From: an uncultured bacterium
Lineage (GTDB): Bacteria; UBP4; UBA4092
DNA length: 64,000 bases
Assembly: GCA_964644695.1 (NCBI GenBank)
Contig: CAZXWN010000001.1
Coordinates: 492,869-556,868, forward strand
Direction of reading: 5' to 3'
A model generated the notes under the pieces. The model did not search any database. It worked only from the letters and a program-made list of their open reading frames with translations, and was not told the DNA's origin. Position 1 is the stretch's first letter, and every line of letters begins with the position of its first letter. The position numbers and the translations under genes are program-made. This document shows, one piece after another, positions 1 through 9,276 of this stretch.

Positions 1-67
1 TTGGTAAACCCTGAAAATCGAGAAATTTGTAATATGAATCTTTTTTTGCGGAAGAATAGTTCGCCAT
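1..67 (-). CDS. N-terminus of an unidentified gene running off the window edge (MANYSSAKKDSYYKFLDFQGLP...)
   Basis: ATG at 67-65 just after the nusB stop, AAGGAG upstream, frame open to position 1; only 22 codons visible. Confidence 0.4.
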   Translation of the reverse strand, partial: MANYSSAKKDSYYKFLDFQGLP

Positions 68-73
68 AAACGC

Positions 74-496
74 TTATGACTCCTTTCGCAAATCCTTGGA
101 AGCACGGTCTAATATACCATTTACAAACTGATAGGATTTAGTATCACCGTATCTCTTAGCGATTTCAACCGCCTCATTAATAATAACTCGTGCAGGAGTT
201 TCTGGGTGATATAACAATTCATAAACCGCAAACCGTAAGATATTGATGTCAATTATGGCAATTCGATCCATAGACCAATTCTCAACATATTGTGATATTT
301 TGGCATCAATTTCAATACAATTAGTAACCGTGCCTTTGAATACACCCGTAGCAAATTCTCTAATTTCAGCCGGAAGTTCATCCCGATTAAAAACGTCATT
401 GAGAATGGAATCCTCTGATCCGGATAACATCTCCCATTGATAGAGTGATTTCAAAACAATTTCTCGGGCAAAGCGTCTTTTATTGTGTAAAGCCAT
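74..496 (-). CDS. nusB: Transcription antitermination factor NusB
   Basis: RR.AREIVLKSLYQ, DINILR.AVYEL, INEAVEIAKRYG, FVNGILD; follows ribH as is typical. Confidence 0.97.
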   Translation of the reverse strand: MALHNKRRFAREIVLKSLYQWEMLSGSEDSILNDVFNRDELPAEIREFATGVFKGTVTNCIEIDAKISQYVENWSMDRIAIIDINILRFAVYELLYHPETPARVIINEAVEIAKRYGDTKSYQFVNGILDRASKDLRKES

Positions 497-512
497 AAGT
501 TTTTCGTTTGTT

Positions 513-983
513 TTATTTTATTTGTTTAATTAAGTCAGCCATCTCGATAGCAGTTAATGCAGCGTCCCAGCCTTTATTACCAACTTTCGTACCTGCACGT
601 TCAACTGCTTGTTCAATGGAATCCGTTGTTAATACACCAAAAGCTACTGGTTTACCAGTCATCAGACTGACATGTGCAATACCTTTGGAGACTTCTGCTG
701 CCACATAGTCAAAGTGTGGCGTTGCGCCTCGAATAACACAGCCCAAGCATATAACCGCATCGTATTGATCTGACTGCGCCATTTTTTGGGCTATCAACGG
801 AATTTCCATCGCGCCAGGAACCCAACAAATCTCAATATCATTTTCAACTGCTCCGTGGCGATTCAAACAATCCAGCGCACCACTTAAGAGCCGACTCGTA
901 ATAAATTCATTGAATCGGGAAACGATAATACCAAATTTCTTACCCGTAGCATCTAACTGTCCACCAATCACTTTTGAAGGCAT
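513..983 (-). CDS. ribH: 6,7-dimethyl-8-ribityllumazine synthase
   Basis: [39 protein letters not shown]. Confidence 0.98.
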   Translation of the reverse strand: MPSKVIGGQLDATGKKFGIIVSRFNEFITSRLLSGALDCLNRHGAVENDIEICWVPGAMEIPLIAQKMAQSDQYDAVICLGCVIRGATPHFDYVAAEVSKGIAHVSLMTGKPVAFGVLTTDSIEQAVERAGTKVGNKGWDAALTAIEMADLIKQIK

Positions 984-1017
984 AATTAATCTCCTTTTCT
1001 AGGGGGTGGGAACTTAA

Positions 1018-2217
1018 TTAAAAATCAATCAAGTGTCCCATTTTATCACGCTTTGTCTCTAAATATACTCTATTCGTTTCACATTCACCTACTTGAAGAG
1101 GTACTCTCTCAGTAACTTTTAGTCCATAGGCTTCCAGACCCACAATCTTACGGGGGTTATTCGTAATTAATCTCAAACTGCTCAATCCTAAATCGACTAA
1201 AATCTGTGCTCCGATTCCATATTCTCTTAAATCTGGCTTAAAACCGAGTTCAATATTAGCTTCGACGGTATCCAGACCTTTGTCCTGAAGAGCATATGCC
1301 TTTATCTTGTTTTCAAGTCCAATTCCACGACCCTCTTGACGCATATAAAGAACCACACCCTGTCCTTCTCGTTCAATCATGCTTAATGCAGCAGCTAACT
1401 GGGCTCCACAATCACATCGTGATGACCCAAAGACATCACCTGTCAGACATTCAGAATGGACTCGGACCAAAACATTTTCTTTATTTTTAACATCGCCCTT
1501 TACTACCGCCATATGGAATCTGCCATCAATCTGACAATGATAACCATAAAGTTTAAAATGACCATATTTTGTAGGGAAATCGACTGTTACAGTATTTTCA
1601 ATAAGTTTTTCAGTTCTTCGCCTGTATTCAATCAAATCTTTGATGGTAATAATTGGAAGATTATACTTTTTCGCATATTCAAGTAATTGTGGGACACGAG
1701 CCATAGTCCCATCAGCATTTAGAATTTCACACAAAACTCCAGCAGGATAAAGACCTGCCAGTTTAGCCAAATCAACAGCGGCTTCGGTATGCCCTGCTCT
1801 GGTTAACACACCACCTTCGCGCGCTTTTAAGGGAAATATATGACCAGGCCGTCTTAAATCAGAGGGCTTCGTTTTAGGATCAATCAAAACATTAATCGTC
1901 GCTGCGCGATCAAAAGCTGAGATACCTGTTGTCGTCTTATCCCGAGCATCCACACTCACTGTAAAAGCAGTCTGCATTTTGTCTGTGTTTTGAGATACCA
2001 TGGGCATTAAGTCAATCTCTTCCAAACGATTACCCTGCATTGGGACACAGATTAACCCACGTCCATGCGTAACCATAAAATTGATTTTTTCAGGGGATAC
2101 CTTTTCTGCGGCGAAAATAAGATCTCCTTCATTTTCACGATCTTCGTCGTCCACAACAATGATAAGGTTACCCTGCTTAAAAATGTCGATTGCATCTTCT
2201 ATTCGTGTAAAATCCAT
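1018..2217 (-). CDS. ribBA: Bifunctional 3,4-dihydroxy-2-butanone-4-phosphate synthase / GTP cyclohydrolase II
   Basis: [47 protein letters not shown]. Confidence 0.98.
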   Translation of the reverse strand: MDFTRIEDAIDIFKQGNLIIVVDDEDRENEGDLIFAAEKVSPEKINFMVTHGRGLICVPMQGNRLEEIDLMPMVSQNTDKMQTAFTVSVDARDKTTTGISAFDRAATINVLIDPKTKPSDLRRPGHIFPLKAREGGVLTRAGHTEAAVDLAKLAGLYPAGVLCEILNADGTMARVPQLLEYAKKYNLPIITIKDLIEYRRRTEKLIENTVTVDFPTKYGHFKLYGYHCQIDGRFHMAVVKGDVKNKENVLVRVHSECLTGDVFGSSRCDCGAQLAAALSMIEREGQGVVLYMRQEGRGIGLENKIKAYALQDKGLDTVEANIELGFKPDLREYGIGAQILVDLGLSSLRLITNNPRKIVGLEAYGLKVTERVPLQVGECETNRVYLETKRDKMGHLIDF

Positions 2218-2236
2218 TTATTTGTTAACTCCTTAC

Positions 2237-2878
2237 TTATAAATATCCATTTTCACTTAAGGTTTGAATATTTAATCCTTGTGCTGTATTTTTTAATCGG
2301 ACAAAATTTTCGATATATTTTGCCAACATATCAAACTCAAGGTTAATACTTCCGCCAATATTTACATCAGATAAAGATGTATTCGCAAAGGTATGCGGTA
2401 TAACCCAGACACTGAACTTACTTTGAAGCACATCCACGACAGTTAAACTTATTCCGTTGATGGAGACACTCCCTTTTTCAATTAGATAGGGTCGAAACTT
2501 CTCAGGATAACTGAATTCACATACAAAACCATTTCCAGAAGATTTCTTTGCGGAAAGGATACCTGTACAGTCAATATGACCAGAGACCATATGACCACCT
2601 AACCGATCACCTACTCGAAGGGCTCTTTCCAGATTAACTAAACTGCCAGATATCTTATCTTTTAAAATCGTTTTCGTCAGAGTTTCAAGACTTATATCTG
2701 CTTTAAAAGAAGTTTTATTGAGAGATATAACCGTCAAACAAGCACCATCAACGGCAACACTATCTCCCACTTTTACAGACTCAAGGATTGTCTGGCATTG
2801 AACTTCAATGACAGCACCCTGCGCACTTTTATTAAGGGTCTTGACTCGGCCTACTTCTTCAATAATTCCTGTAAACAT
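2237..2878 (-). CDS. ribE: Riboflavin synthase (alpha chain)
   Basis: Canonical MFTGIIEE N-terminus at 2878 (ORF track start extended), GGHMVSGHID, KGSVSINGISLTV. Confidence 0.97.
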   Translation of the reverse strand: MFTGIIEEVGRVKTLNKSAQGAVIEVQCQTILESVKVGDSVAVDGACLTVISLNKTSFKADISLETLTKTILKDKISGSLVNLERALRVGDRLGGHMVSGHIDCTGILSAKKSSGNGFVCEFSYPEKFRPYLIEKGSVSINGISLTVVDVLQSKFSVWVIPHTFANTSLSDVNIGGSINLEFDMLAKYIENFVRLKNTAQGLNIQTLSENGYL

Positions 2879-3987
2879 GATTTTGAATATCCTGTGAAAC
2901 GATAATCGGAACCTAATTGAATTAATTGGGTATTGTATAAAGACATGGCAGAATCCAATTTTGAAATTCCATTTCCACCACAAGTAACTGGAGCGGATTC
3001 TCCACCAATCAACTTGGGTGCGATATAGACGACAACTTTGTCTACCAGGCCAGCTTCCAGAAAACTACCCTGAATTTTACTTCCACCTTCAACAAGGATG
3101 GATCGAATATATCTTTGTGTCAGTTCATTGATCAGCGCAGATAAATCCAGGATTCCCTTCACACCGGGAATGATTAATACTTCGACACCTCTTGACTTCA
3201 TATCGGATATTCTTGTTTTTGAAGTCCTTTGGCCAGTTACCCATAATGTTGGATATTGGCCTTCATTTGTATCAAATATTTGATAGGAAGGATCTAAACG
3301 GCCTCTCCCATCCAAAACTATTCGGAGGGGATTAATTTTTAGTTTCTTTGCTCTTACAGTTAAGCTTGGATTATCTTTAACTACGGTTTCAGATCCGACC
3401 AGGATAGCATCACAAGACATTCTCAACCGCTGGACATCAATTCGTGCAAGAGAACCTGTTATCCACTTAGACTCACCGGTCACCGTAGCTACTTTTCCAT
3501 CTAATGATTGCCCAGATTTCAGGACAATCAAAGGACGCTTTTTTTGGTGGAAGAAAATAAACCCATCATTTAAGAATACGGCTTCTTTTTGACAAAGCCC
3601 TGTTAAAACATCAATGCCTGCTTTTTTTAGCATTCTGATGCCTTTTCCAGATACTTTTGGATTAGGGTCCGTAACAGCAATCCGTACTTTTTTAATACCG
3701 GCTTTTATAAGTGCTTCGGCACAGGGAGGGGTTCGGCCATAATGACTACACGGTTCAAGCGTTACATAAATTGTACTATCCTGTGGAGTCTCACTACAGG
3801 ATTTTAATGCCATTATTTCGGCATGATCCGTTCCTGCAAATTTATGGTGCCCTTTTCCAATAATTTGTCCATTTTTTACAATTATGGCCCCAACGAGTGG
3901 ATTAGGACGAGTATTTCCCAAAGCTTTGGACGCCAAATCCAAGGCTTGAGTCATAAATTGTCTGTCAATGTCAGTAAAATGGTCCAT
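2851..3987 (-). CDS. ribD: Bifunctional riboflavin deaminase/reductase RibD
   Basis: PNPLVGA, HAE, TLEPCSHYGRTPPC, SLDGK, VEGG; start ATG 3987 or TTG 3993. Confidence 0.97.
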   Translation of the reverse strand: MDHFTDIDRQFMTQALDLASKALGNTRPNPLVGAIIVKNGQIIGKGHHKFAGTDHAEIMALKSCSETPQDSTIYVTLEPCSHYGRTPPCAEALIKAGIKKVRIAVTDPNPKVSGKGIRMLKKAGIDVLTGLCQKEAVFLNDGFIFFHQKKRPLIVLKSGQSLDGKVATVTGESKWITGSLARIDVQRLRMSCDAILVGSETVVKDNPSLTVRAKKLKINPLRIVLDGRGRLDPSYQIFDTNEGQYPTLWVTGQRTSKTRISDMKSRGVEVLIIPGVKGILDLSALINELTQRYIRSILVEGGSKIQGSFLEAGLVDKVVVYIAPKLIGGESAPVTCGGNGISKLDSAMSLYNTQLIQLGSDYRFTGYSKSCLQELLKK

Positions 3988-3997
3988 AAACAATACA

Positions 3998-4024
3998 ACC
4001 TCTTCAGGAATATCCGGAAGAGGT
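3998..4024 (-). promoter_or_regulatory. Riboswitch expression-platform hairpin overlapping the ribD Shine-Dalgarno
   Basis: Minus strand ACCUCUUCCGGA-UAU-UCCUGAAGAGGU; the 3' arm contains GAAGAGGU directly upstream of the TTG/ATG start. Confidence 0.7.
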
Positions 4025-4069
4025 CAATATAACGATACCGAGAATAATAGGAAATCCACTATACTCGGT

Positions 4070-4183
4070 TACCTTCTTCCATCCAGTCTTTACTGTCGGC
4101 TCCGGAATCTAACCGGATCAATCCCTAATTGGGACTCGTGGGCTTTACCACCGGACGGGAATTTCACCCTGCCCTGAAGGTTT
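4070..4183 (-). ncRNA. FMN riboswitch (RFN element)
   Basis: Minus strand ACCUUCAGGGCAGGGUGAAAUUCCC..CCGGUGGUAAAGCCCACGAG...GAUCCGGU.AGAUUCCGGAGCCGACAGU.AAGACUGGAUGGAAGAAGGU matches the RFN consensus and lies upstream of ribD. Confidence 0.97.
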
Positions 4184-4280
4184 CCATGATTTAAATTTTC
4201 TAATATCTATTATGACACAGTTTTTATGTCAAATGTCCAGTATTTTCAACCTTTTATCGTTCAGATACAGATTAAGGCAT

Positions 4281-4310
4281 CCATCGAACAAGATCGATCT
4301 TGTTCGATGG
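4281..4310. repeat. Dispersed 28-bp palindrome, copy 1 (perfect 30-bp palindrome here)
   Basis: CCATCGAACAAGATCGATCTTGTTCGATGG equals its own reverse complement. Confidence 0.95.
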
Positions 4311-4344
4311 TGTTATGAACACTTTTTTGTATTCACAGGACACA

Positions 4345-4542
4345 TTACGGCATGTAAAATTCAATTTTTCTGCATTTCTCGCAATAATACATTTTTACCG
4401 CGCTTTTGTCTGACAAGGTCAAACTGGCATTTAACCCTTTAACCATCAGCTTGTCAAGATTTACTTCAGCTACATAACGCATTGTTTTACCACACATTAT
4501 GCAATCCGGTTCAGTAACAATAATTTCTTTTGTAGGATCCAT
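4345..4542 (-). CDS. Small zinc-ribbon protein, 65 aa
   Basis: GGAGGT RBS before ATG 4542; CIMC...CEKC pairs; C-terminal KIEFY. Confidence 0.8.
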   Translation of the reverse strand: MDPTKEIIVTEPDCIMCGKTMRYVAEVNLDKLMVKGLNASLTLSDKSAVKMYYCEKCRKIEFYMP

Positions 4543-4567
4543 TTGTACCTCCAAAAAATTCGTTAAG

Positions 4568-5119
4568 TTAATTTTCAGATAATTTGGCAAATTCCTCAAG
4601 AAAAATATCCACAGTGGGTGAATCATAAAGACAGATTCTAATTTCCATGACTGAACTTGTAAGATTCCTGTTCAGATAATCAATAAGGGTTTTATAAAAG
4701 ATTTGTGCACATCTGTCTTTTGGAAAACCATAAATACCTGAACTGATGGCGGGAAACGAAATTGACTTTAGCTTTAATTCATTAGCCATCGCCAGTGAAG
4801 AAAGAATGGCGTTCCGCAACTTATTATCCTCATCCCCTTCACCCCAGACAGGGCCTACCGCATGAATCACATATCGGCTTGGGAGTTTACCCGCCGTAGT
4901 AACACCACAACATCCTACGGCTACCGGAGCAACCTTGTAGCTCTCCTCCTGGATAATAGCTCCACCTTTTTTTACGATGGCAGCAGCCACTCCACCACCA
5001 TGCGAAAGATAAGAATTGGCTGCATTCACAATAGCATCCACATTTTCTTCTGTAATATCACCCTGCACAAGAGAAATATTCCGATTTTGAAATGTTCGAT
5101 ACCAGAGAATTGTCGACAT
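4568..5119 (-). CDS. Macrodomain protein (ADP-ribose binding/hydrolase, YmdB/MacroD-like)
   Basis: GDIT, DAIVNAAN..L.HGGGVAAAI, VIHAVGP, SISFPAISSGIYGFP; GGAGG before ATG 5119. Confidence 0.93.
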   Translation of the reverse strand: MSTILWYRTFQNRNISLVQGDITEENVDAIVNAANSYLSHGGGVAAAIVKKGGAIIQEESYKVAPVAVGCCGVTTAGKLPSRYVIHAVGPVWGEGDEDNKLRNAILSSLAMANELKLKSISFPAISSGIYGFPKDRCAQIFYKTLIDYLNRNLTSSVMEIRICLYDSPTVDIFLEEFAKLSEN

Positions 5120-5178
5120 TACAGCCTCCCTAAAATATGATATAACCAAAAGGAATATTATTGAGGAGCTTAACCAGT

Positions 5179-6771
5179 ATGATAACGATTCAGAATTTTA
5201 TCCGTCAACATATAAAAACTGTAGCACCACTCCACCGAAAAACTGCTTTGCTTTTTTGGAAAGCAGCAACAACCGGTAAATCACAATATTATCAGCAATA
5301 CGCTCAAATTGAAAAAACACTGGCCAATATCTATTCGGACAAAAAATCTTTTAAATCAGTAAAAGATTTTTATCAAAACAAACAATCCTTAAATAACCCT
5401 GTTCACGAAAGAGAAATAGAGAGTATTTATTTAACATACTTACCTAAACAAGCTCCAAAACCAATCATTCGGAAGCTGATAGATAAAGGCACACAGTTGG
5501 AACAAAAGTTTAATGTGTTCCGTGCGCAATATAACAATAAGACTGTTACCGAGAATGATTTAAGAGAAATCCTGCAAAATTCAACAACAACGAATGAAGT
5601 AAAAGAAGCCTGGTTATCCGGAAAACAAGTCGGAAAGAAAGTATACAAAGACATATTAAATCTGGTCAAACTACGGAATCAGATGGCAAACAAGTTAGGC
5701 TATTCTGATTATTACCAGTTTTCATTATCACTCCAGGAAATGGATGAAAAATGGCTATTCACCCTGCTCGATCAATTAGAAAAGAAAACAAATCCACTAT
5801 TCAAGAAAACCAAGAAAGAATTAGATAATAAACTCGCAGAGGAATTTGGGATAAAGACAACAGAATTGATGCCGTGGCATTATCGAGACCCTTTTTTCCA
5901 AGTGTATCCAAAACCCAGAGGTTCTGTCATTGATCAAAGTCTTAAAACGAAATCACTGGAGGAAATTACAACTGAATTCTACAAGGGTATTGGGCTGGAT
6001 ATTCAACCCATCTTAAAGAAAAGTGACCTTTATGAACGAAAGGGAAAAGATCAACATGCATTTTGTATTGGGATTGACTGCCCCAGTGATGTCAGGATTC
6101 TATGCAATATCAAACCAAATACTCAATGGCTTGAAACCATGTTACATGAATTTGGACATGGAGTTTATGATAAATATTTAAATCCTAAACTTCCTTTCTA
6201 TCTGCGTGGCGCATCTCATATTATGACGACAGAAGCTATTGCATTAATGATGGAAAGAATGGTGGGGGAAAAAGCGTTTCTCGTCAAATATTTAGGAATC
6301 TCACCTGCAAAGGCTGTTCAAATCAGCCAACTGCAAAAAGAAACAACTCGGAACCGACTTATCGTATTTACTCGCTGGTGTTTGGTAATGTCCCATTTTG
6401 AAAGGAACCTGTACCAAAATCCTGACCAGGATTTGAATGGACTGTGGTGGAAACTGGTATCCCAGTATCAGTTATTGAAAACTCCCCCCAACCGTAACGA
6501 ACCCGACTGGGCGGCAAAAATACACATTGCCACAGTTCCTGTTTATTATCACAATTATCTTCTGGGAGAGTTATTTGCCACGCAATTACTGCATGCCATG
6601 AAACAAGACTCTGGTATTCAAGATAAGTTGCTTAACAATACCAAAACCGGGGATTTTCTCGTAAATAAAGTATTCTATCCTGGGGCTTCATTGCGATGGG
6701 ATCAGTTAATTGAAAAGGCAACGAGTGAACCTTTAAATCCAGACTATTTTATAAATAATCTAAAGAACTAA
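5179..6771 (+). CDS. Zinc metallopeptidase, M3/M2-like (oligopeptidase / peptidyl-dipeptidase)
   Basis: HEFGH zinc motif, downstream TEA third ligand, KIHI...PVYYHNY; GAGGAG before ATG 5179. Confidence 0.88.
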   Translation: MITIQNFIRQHIKTVAPLHRKTALLFWKAATTGKSQYYQQYAQIEKTLANIYSDKKSFKSVKDFYQNKQSLNNPVHEREIESIYLTYLPKQAPKPIIRKLIDKGTQLEQKFNVFRAQYNNKTVTENDLREILQNSTTTNEVKEAWLSGKQVGKKVYKDILNLVKLRNQMANKLGYSDYYQFSLSLQEMDEKWLFTLLDQLEKKTNPLFKKTKKELDNKLAEEFGIKTTELMPWHYRDPFFQVYPKPRGSVIDQSLKTKSLEEITTEFYKGIGLDIQPILKKSDLYERKGKDQHAFCIGIDCPSDVRILCNIKPNTQWLETMLHEFGHGVYDKYLNPKLPFYLRGASHIMTTEAIALMMERMVGEKAFLVKYLGISPAKAVQISQLQKETTRNRLIVFTRWCLVMSHFERNLYQNPDQDLNGLWWKLVSQYQLLKTPPNRNEPDWAAKIHIATVPVYYHNYLLGELFATQLLHAMKQDSGIQDKLLNNTKTGDFLVNKVFYPGASLRWDQLIEKATSEPLNPDYFINNLKN

Positions 6772-6784
6772 CATTTATTCATAT

Positions 6785-6821
6785 AAAAAAAGGCTTGAGA
6801 TTTAATCTCAAGCCTTTTTTT
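6785..6821. terminator. Bidirectional intrinsic terminator between peptidase and ilvD
   Basis: A7-GGCTTGAGATT-T-AATCTCAAGCC-T7 between convergent stop codons. Confidence 0.88.
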
Positions 6822-6834
6822 AATCTAAATTTTA

Positions 6835-8619
6835 TTACTGAAGAATGGCACCCTTTGATGCATTCTGTACCATTCGCTGGTATCGCTTTAACCAACCCGT
6901 CAAATTCTTTGATTCAGGTTTTTTCCAATTTTTCCGTCTTTCACTTAACTCTTCTTCAGAAAGAGCTACCTCAAGAGAACAATTAGGGATATTGATTTTA
7001 ATCATATCGCCATTTTTCAATAACCCTATGGGTCCACCCTCAGCAGCCTCGGGAGAAATATGTCCTATACAGGCACCGCGAGTTCCACCACTAAAACGAC
7101 CATCCGTGATGAGCGCCACTTTACTCCCTAAACCACGCCCCATAATATACGAAGTGGGTGCTAACATTTCCTGCATTCCCGGTCCACCCATTGGGCCTTC
7201 ATATCGAATAACAACCACATCACCCGCTTTTACTTTTCCTTCAAGAATACCCGCACAAGCATCTTCCTGAGATTCAAATATTACAGCTGGACCCTCATGA
7301 ATCAGCATCTCCGGTGCTACACCTGCCGTTTTAACCACAGCACCTTCTGGAGCAAGATTCCCTGTAAGCACAGTCAGTCCGCCAGATGCTGAATAAGCAT
7401 TACTCATAGGCCGAATGCATTCATAAGGATCATATTCCATCGACAAACCTTGATTTCGTTCAATATTCAAGCCCTGACTGTTTAAAACACCACCCGGATT
7501 ATTATTAACTAAGGACTTTACCTCATCGCAGGCAGTTGTCCCGCGAACATCGTAATCCTTTATATTTTCACCCAGAGTCTTTCCAGTCACTGTAATGCAA
7601 TCTTGATTTAATAAATTGTATCCGCCTCTTATAAGCTCCCCTAATATTGTATGAATGCCTCCGGAACGGTGGACATCTTCCATATGGAATTTGGATGATG
7701 GGGATACTTTACAAATATTCGGGGTCTTTTTGGATAACTGATTAATTCGTTCAATGTTATATTCAACACCGGCCTCAGCGGCGACAGCTAATACATGCAA
7801 CAAAGTGTTTGTTGATCCGCCCATGGCCATATCAAGCATCATGGCATTATCAAAAGCCTCAACAGTACAAATATCCCTTGGTTTAATATCTTTCTTAACA
7901 ATTTCCAATATTTGGTAGGCAGCTTTCTTAAATAAAATTTTCCGGTCAGCGGCTGTCGCAATCAACGTTCCGTTCAATGGTAATGCCATTCCCAATGCTT
8001 CACAAAGACAGTTCATTGAGTTAGCAGTAAACATTCCCGAACATGAACCACAGGTGGGACATGCATAATCTTCCAGATTTTTTAACTCTTTTTCATTGAT
8101 AGTTCCTGCTTTTAAAGCACCAACACCTTCAAAAACAGAAATCAAGTCCACAACACGTCCATCAGGAGTTCGCCCGGCTTCCATGGGGCCGCCTGAAACA
8201 AAAATAGTGGGAACATTAACTCGCATAGCTGCCATTAACATACCCGGAACAATTTTGTCGCAGTTAGGAATACATATCATGCCATCAAAACAGTGGGCTT
8301 TCAGCATCGTTTCAACTGAATCCGCAATTAATTCACGGGAAGGCAAAGAATACTTCATACCTTCATGCCCCATGGCTATGCCATCATCAACACCAATGGT
8401 ATTAAAAACAAAAGGAACTCCACCGGCATCTCTTACACATTGTTTAACATACTCTCCAACAGCATTTAAATGGGTATGCCCAGGAATAATATCAATATAT
8501 GAATTACAAATTGCTATAAACGGTTTATCAATGTCTTCATCTCTGAAGTTCCCTGTAGCTTTAAGAAGTGAACGATGGGGTGCCCTCTCAAAACCTTTTT
8601 TTACCATGTCAGAACGCAT
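6835..8619 (-). CDS. ilvD: Dihydroxy-acid dehydratase
   Basis: [56 protein letters not shown] before ATG 8619. Confidence 0.98.
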   Translation of the reverse strand: MRSDMVKKGFERAPHRSLLKATGNFRDEDIDKPFIAICNSYIDIIPGHTHLNAVGEYVKQCVRDAGGVPFVFNTIGVDDGIAMGHEGMKYSLPSRELIADSVETMLKAHCFDGMICIPNCDKIVPGMLMAAMRVNVPTIFVSGGPMEAGRTPDGRVVDLISVFEGVGALKAGTINEKELKNLEDYACPTCGSCSGMFTANSMNCLCEALGMALPLNGTLIATAADRKILFKKAAYQILEIVKKDIKPRDICTVEAFDNAMMLDMAMGGSTNTLLHVLAVAAEAGVEYNIERINQLSKKTPNICKVSPSSKFHMEDVHRSGGIHTILGELIRGGYNLLNQDCITVTGKTLGENIKDYDVRGTTACDEVKSLVNNNPGGVLNSQGLNIERNQGLSMEYDPYECIRPMSNAYSASGGLTVLTGNLAPEGAVVKTAGVAPEMLIHEGPAVIFESQEDACAGILEGKVKAGDVVVIRYEGPMGGPGMQEMLAPTSYIMGRGLGSKVALITDGRFSGGTRGACIGHISPEAAEGGPIGLLKNGDMIKINIPNCSLEVALSEEELSERRKNWKKPESKNLTGWLKRYQRMVQNASKGAILQ

Positions 8620-8670
8620 AATAACCTCCATTAAATTATTTATTCATTCTACCCCTGCTATATATTTATT

Positions 8671-9258
8671 TCAAAATAACGCATCGTTTTTCCTAATCGG
8701 AGGAATAAAACCTACCAGGCTCAACATCTGATTTTTAAAACTAATATCCCTGGATTCCTTAAATGAAAGGTAATGTATGTGCTTTGTGTCAATTCTATTG
8801 GGAACCAAAATCTCTGCCATCTTATTCTTCGTAACAGATGATTGAGCGTGAATAAAAAGCGATTCAAATCCTTCAATGTCCTGAGTGTTTCTTAAAGCAC
8901 TGGAATCAACAAAATCATTAGCACTATTATAAGAACTGAATAGAACATCCTTATTAGATAAAACATTAATAGATATCCATAGACACATTTTCATGTCATT
9001 GTGCTGCCGTAACATGCCAAGAGGAGGAAATAGGCACAAACAAATATAATTTTCTAATTCACGCGTTTTATGTCCCCACCCATGAACTTTATAGGGGTGA
9101 ATATTTTTATCACGCATTTCTCTTCGACTCAGCAAGCCATGCTTCAGGATTAATTCCATATTTGCTGGATGGGTATAGTGATATAAATAGGAAACGCGAT
9201 GATTACGACACGACTCTGTAAAATCTAAAGAAAAAGAGTTTATTTTTTTGTGGCCCAT
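8671..9258 (-). CDS. DarT/DUF4433-like ADP-ribosyltransferase domain protein
   Basis: YLYHYTH..N...IL..GLLSR, NYICL..FP...ML, FS.YNSA, AEILVP..I...I resemble DarT family motifs; start uncertain. Confidence 0.65.
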   Translation of the reverse strand: MGHKKINSFSLDFTESCRNHRVSYLYHYTHPANMELILKHGLLSRREMRDKNIHPYKVHGWGHKTRELENYICLCLFPPLGMLRQHNDMKMCLWISINVLSNKDVLFSSYNSANDFVDSSALRNTQDIEGFESLFIHAQSSVTKNKMAEILVPNRIDTKHIHYLSFKESRDISFKNQMLSLVGFIPPIRKNDALF

Positions 9259-9276
9259 GATGGATAATGATAAATC

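Noticed and set aside
3968-4177. 69-aa plus-strand ORF
   Set aside because: It is the antisense of the FMN riboswitch
4282-4309. CGAAC...GTTCG in the palindrome as a Firmicutes-type LexA box
   Set aside because: The half-sites are 12 bp apart rather than 4, and the neighbours are not SOS genes
8096-8731. Long antisense ORFs (this one; also 6845-7270, 34473-34904, 47627-47959 and the many 60-100 aa ones)
   Set aside because: Shadows of well-supported genes on the opposite strand or frame, with no recognisable motifs
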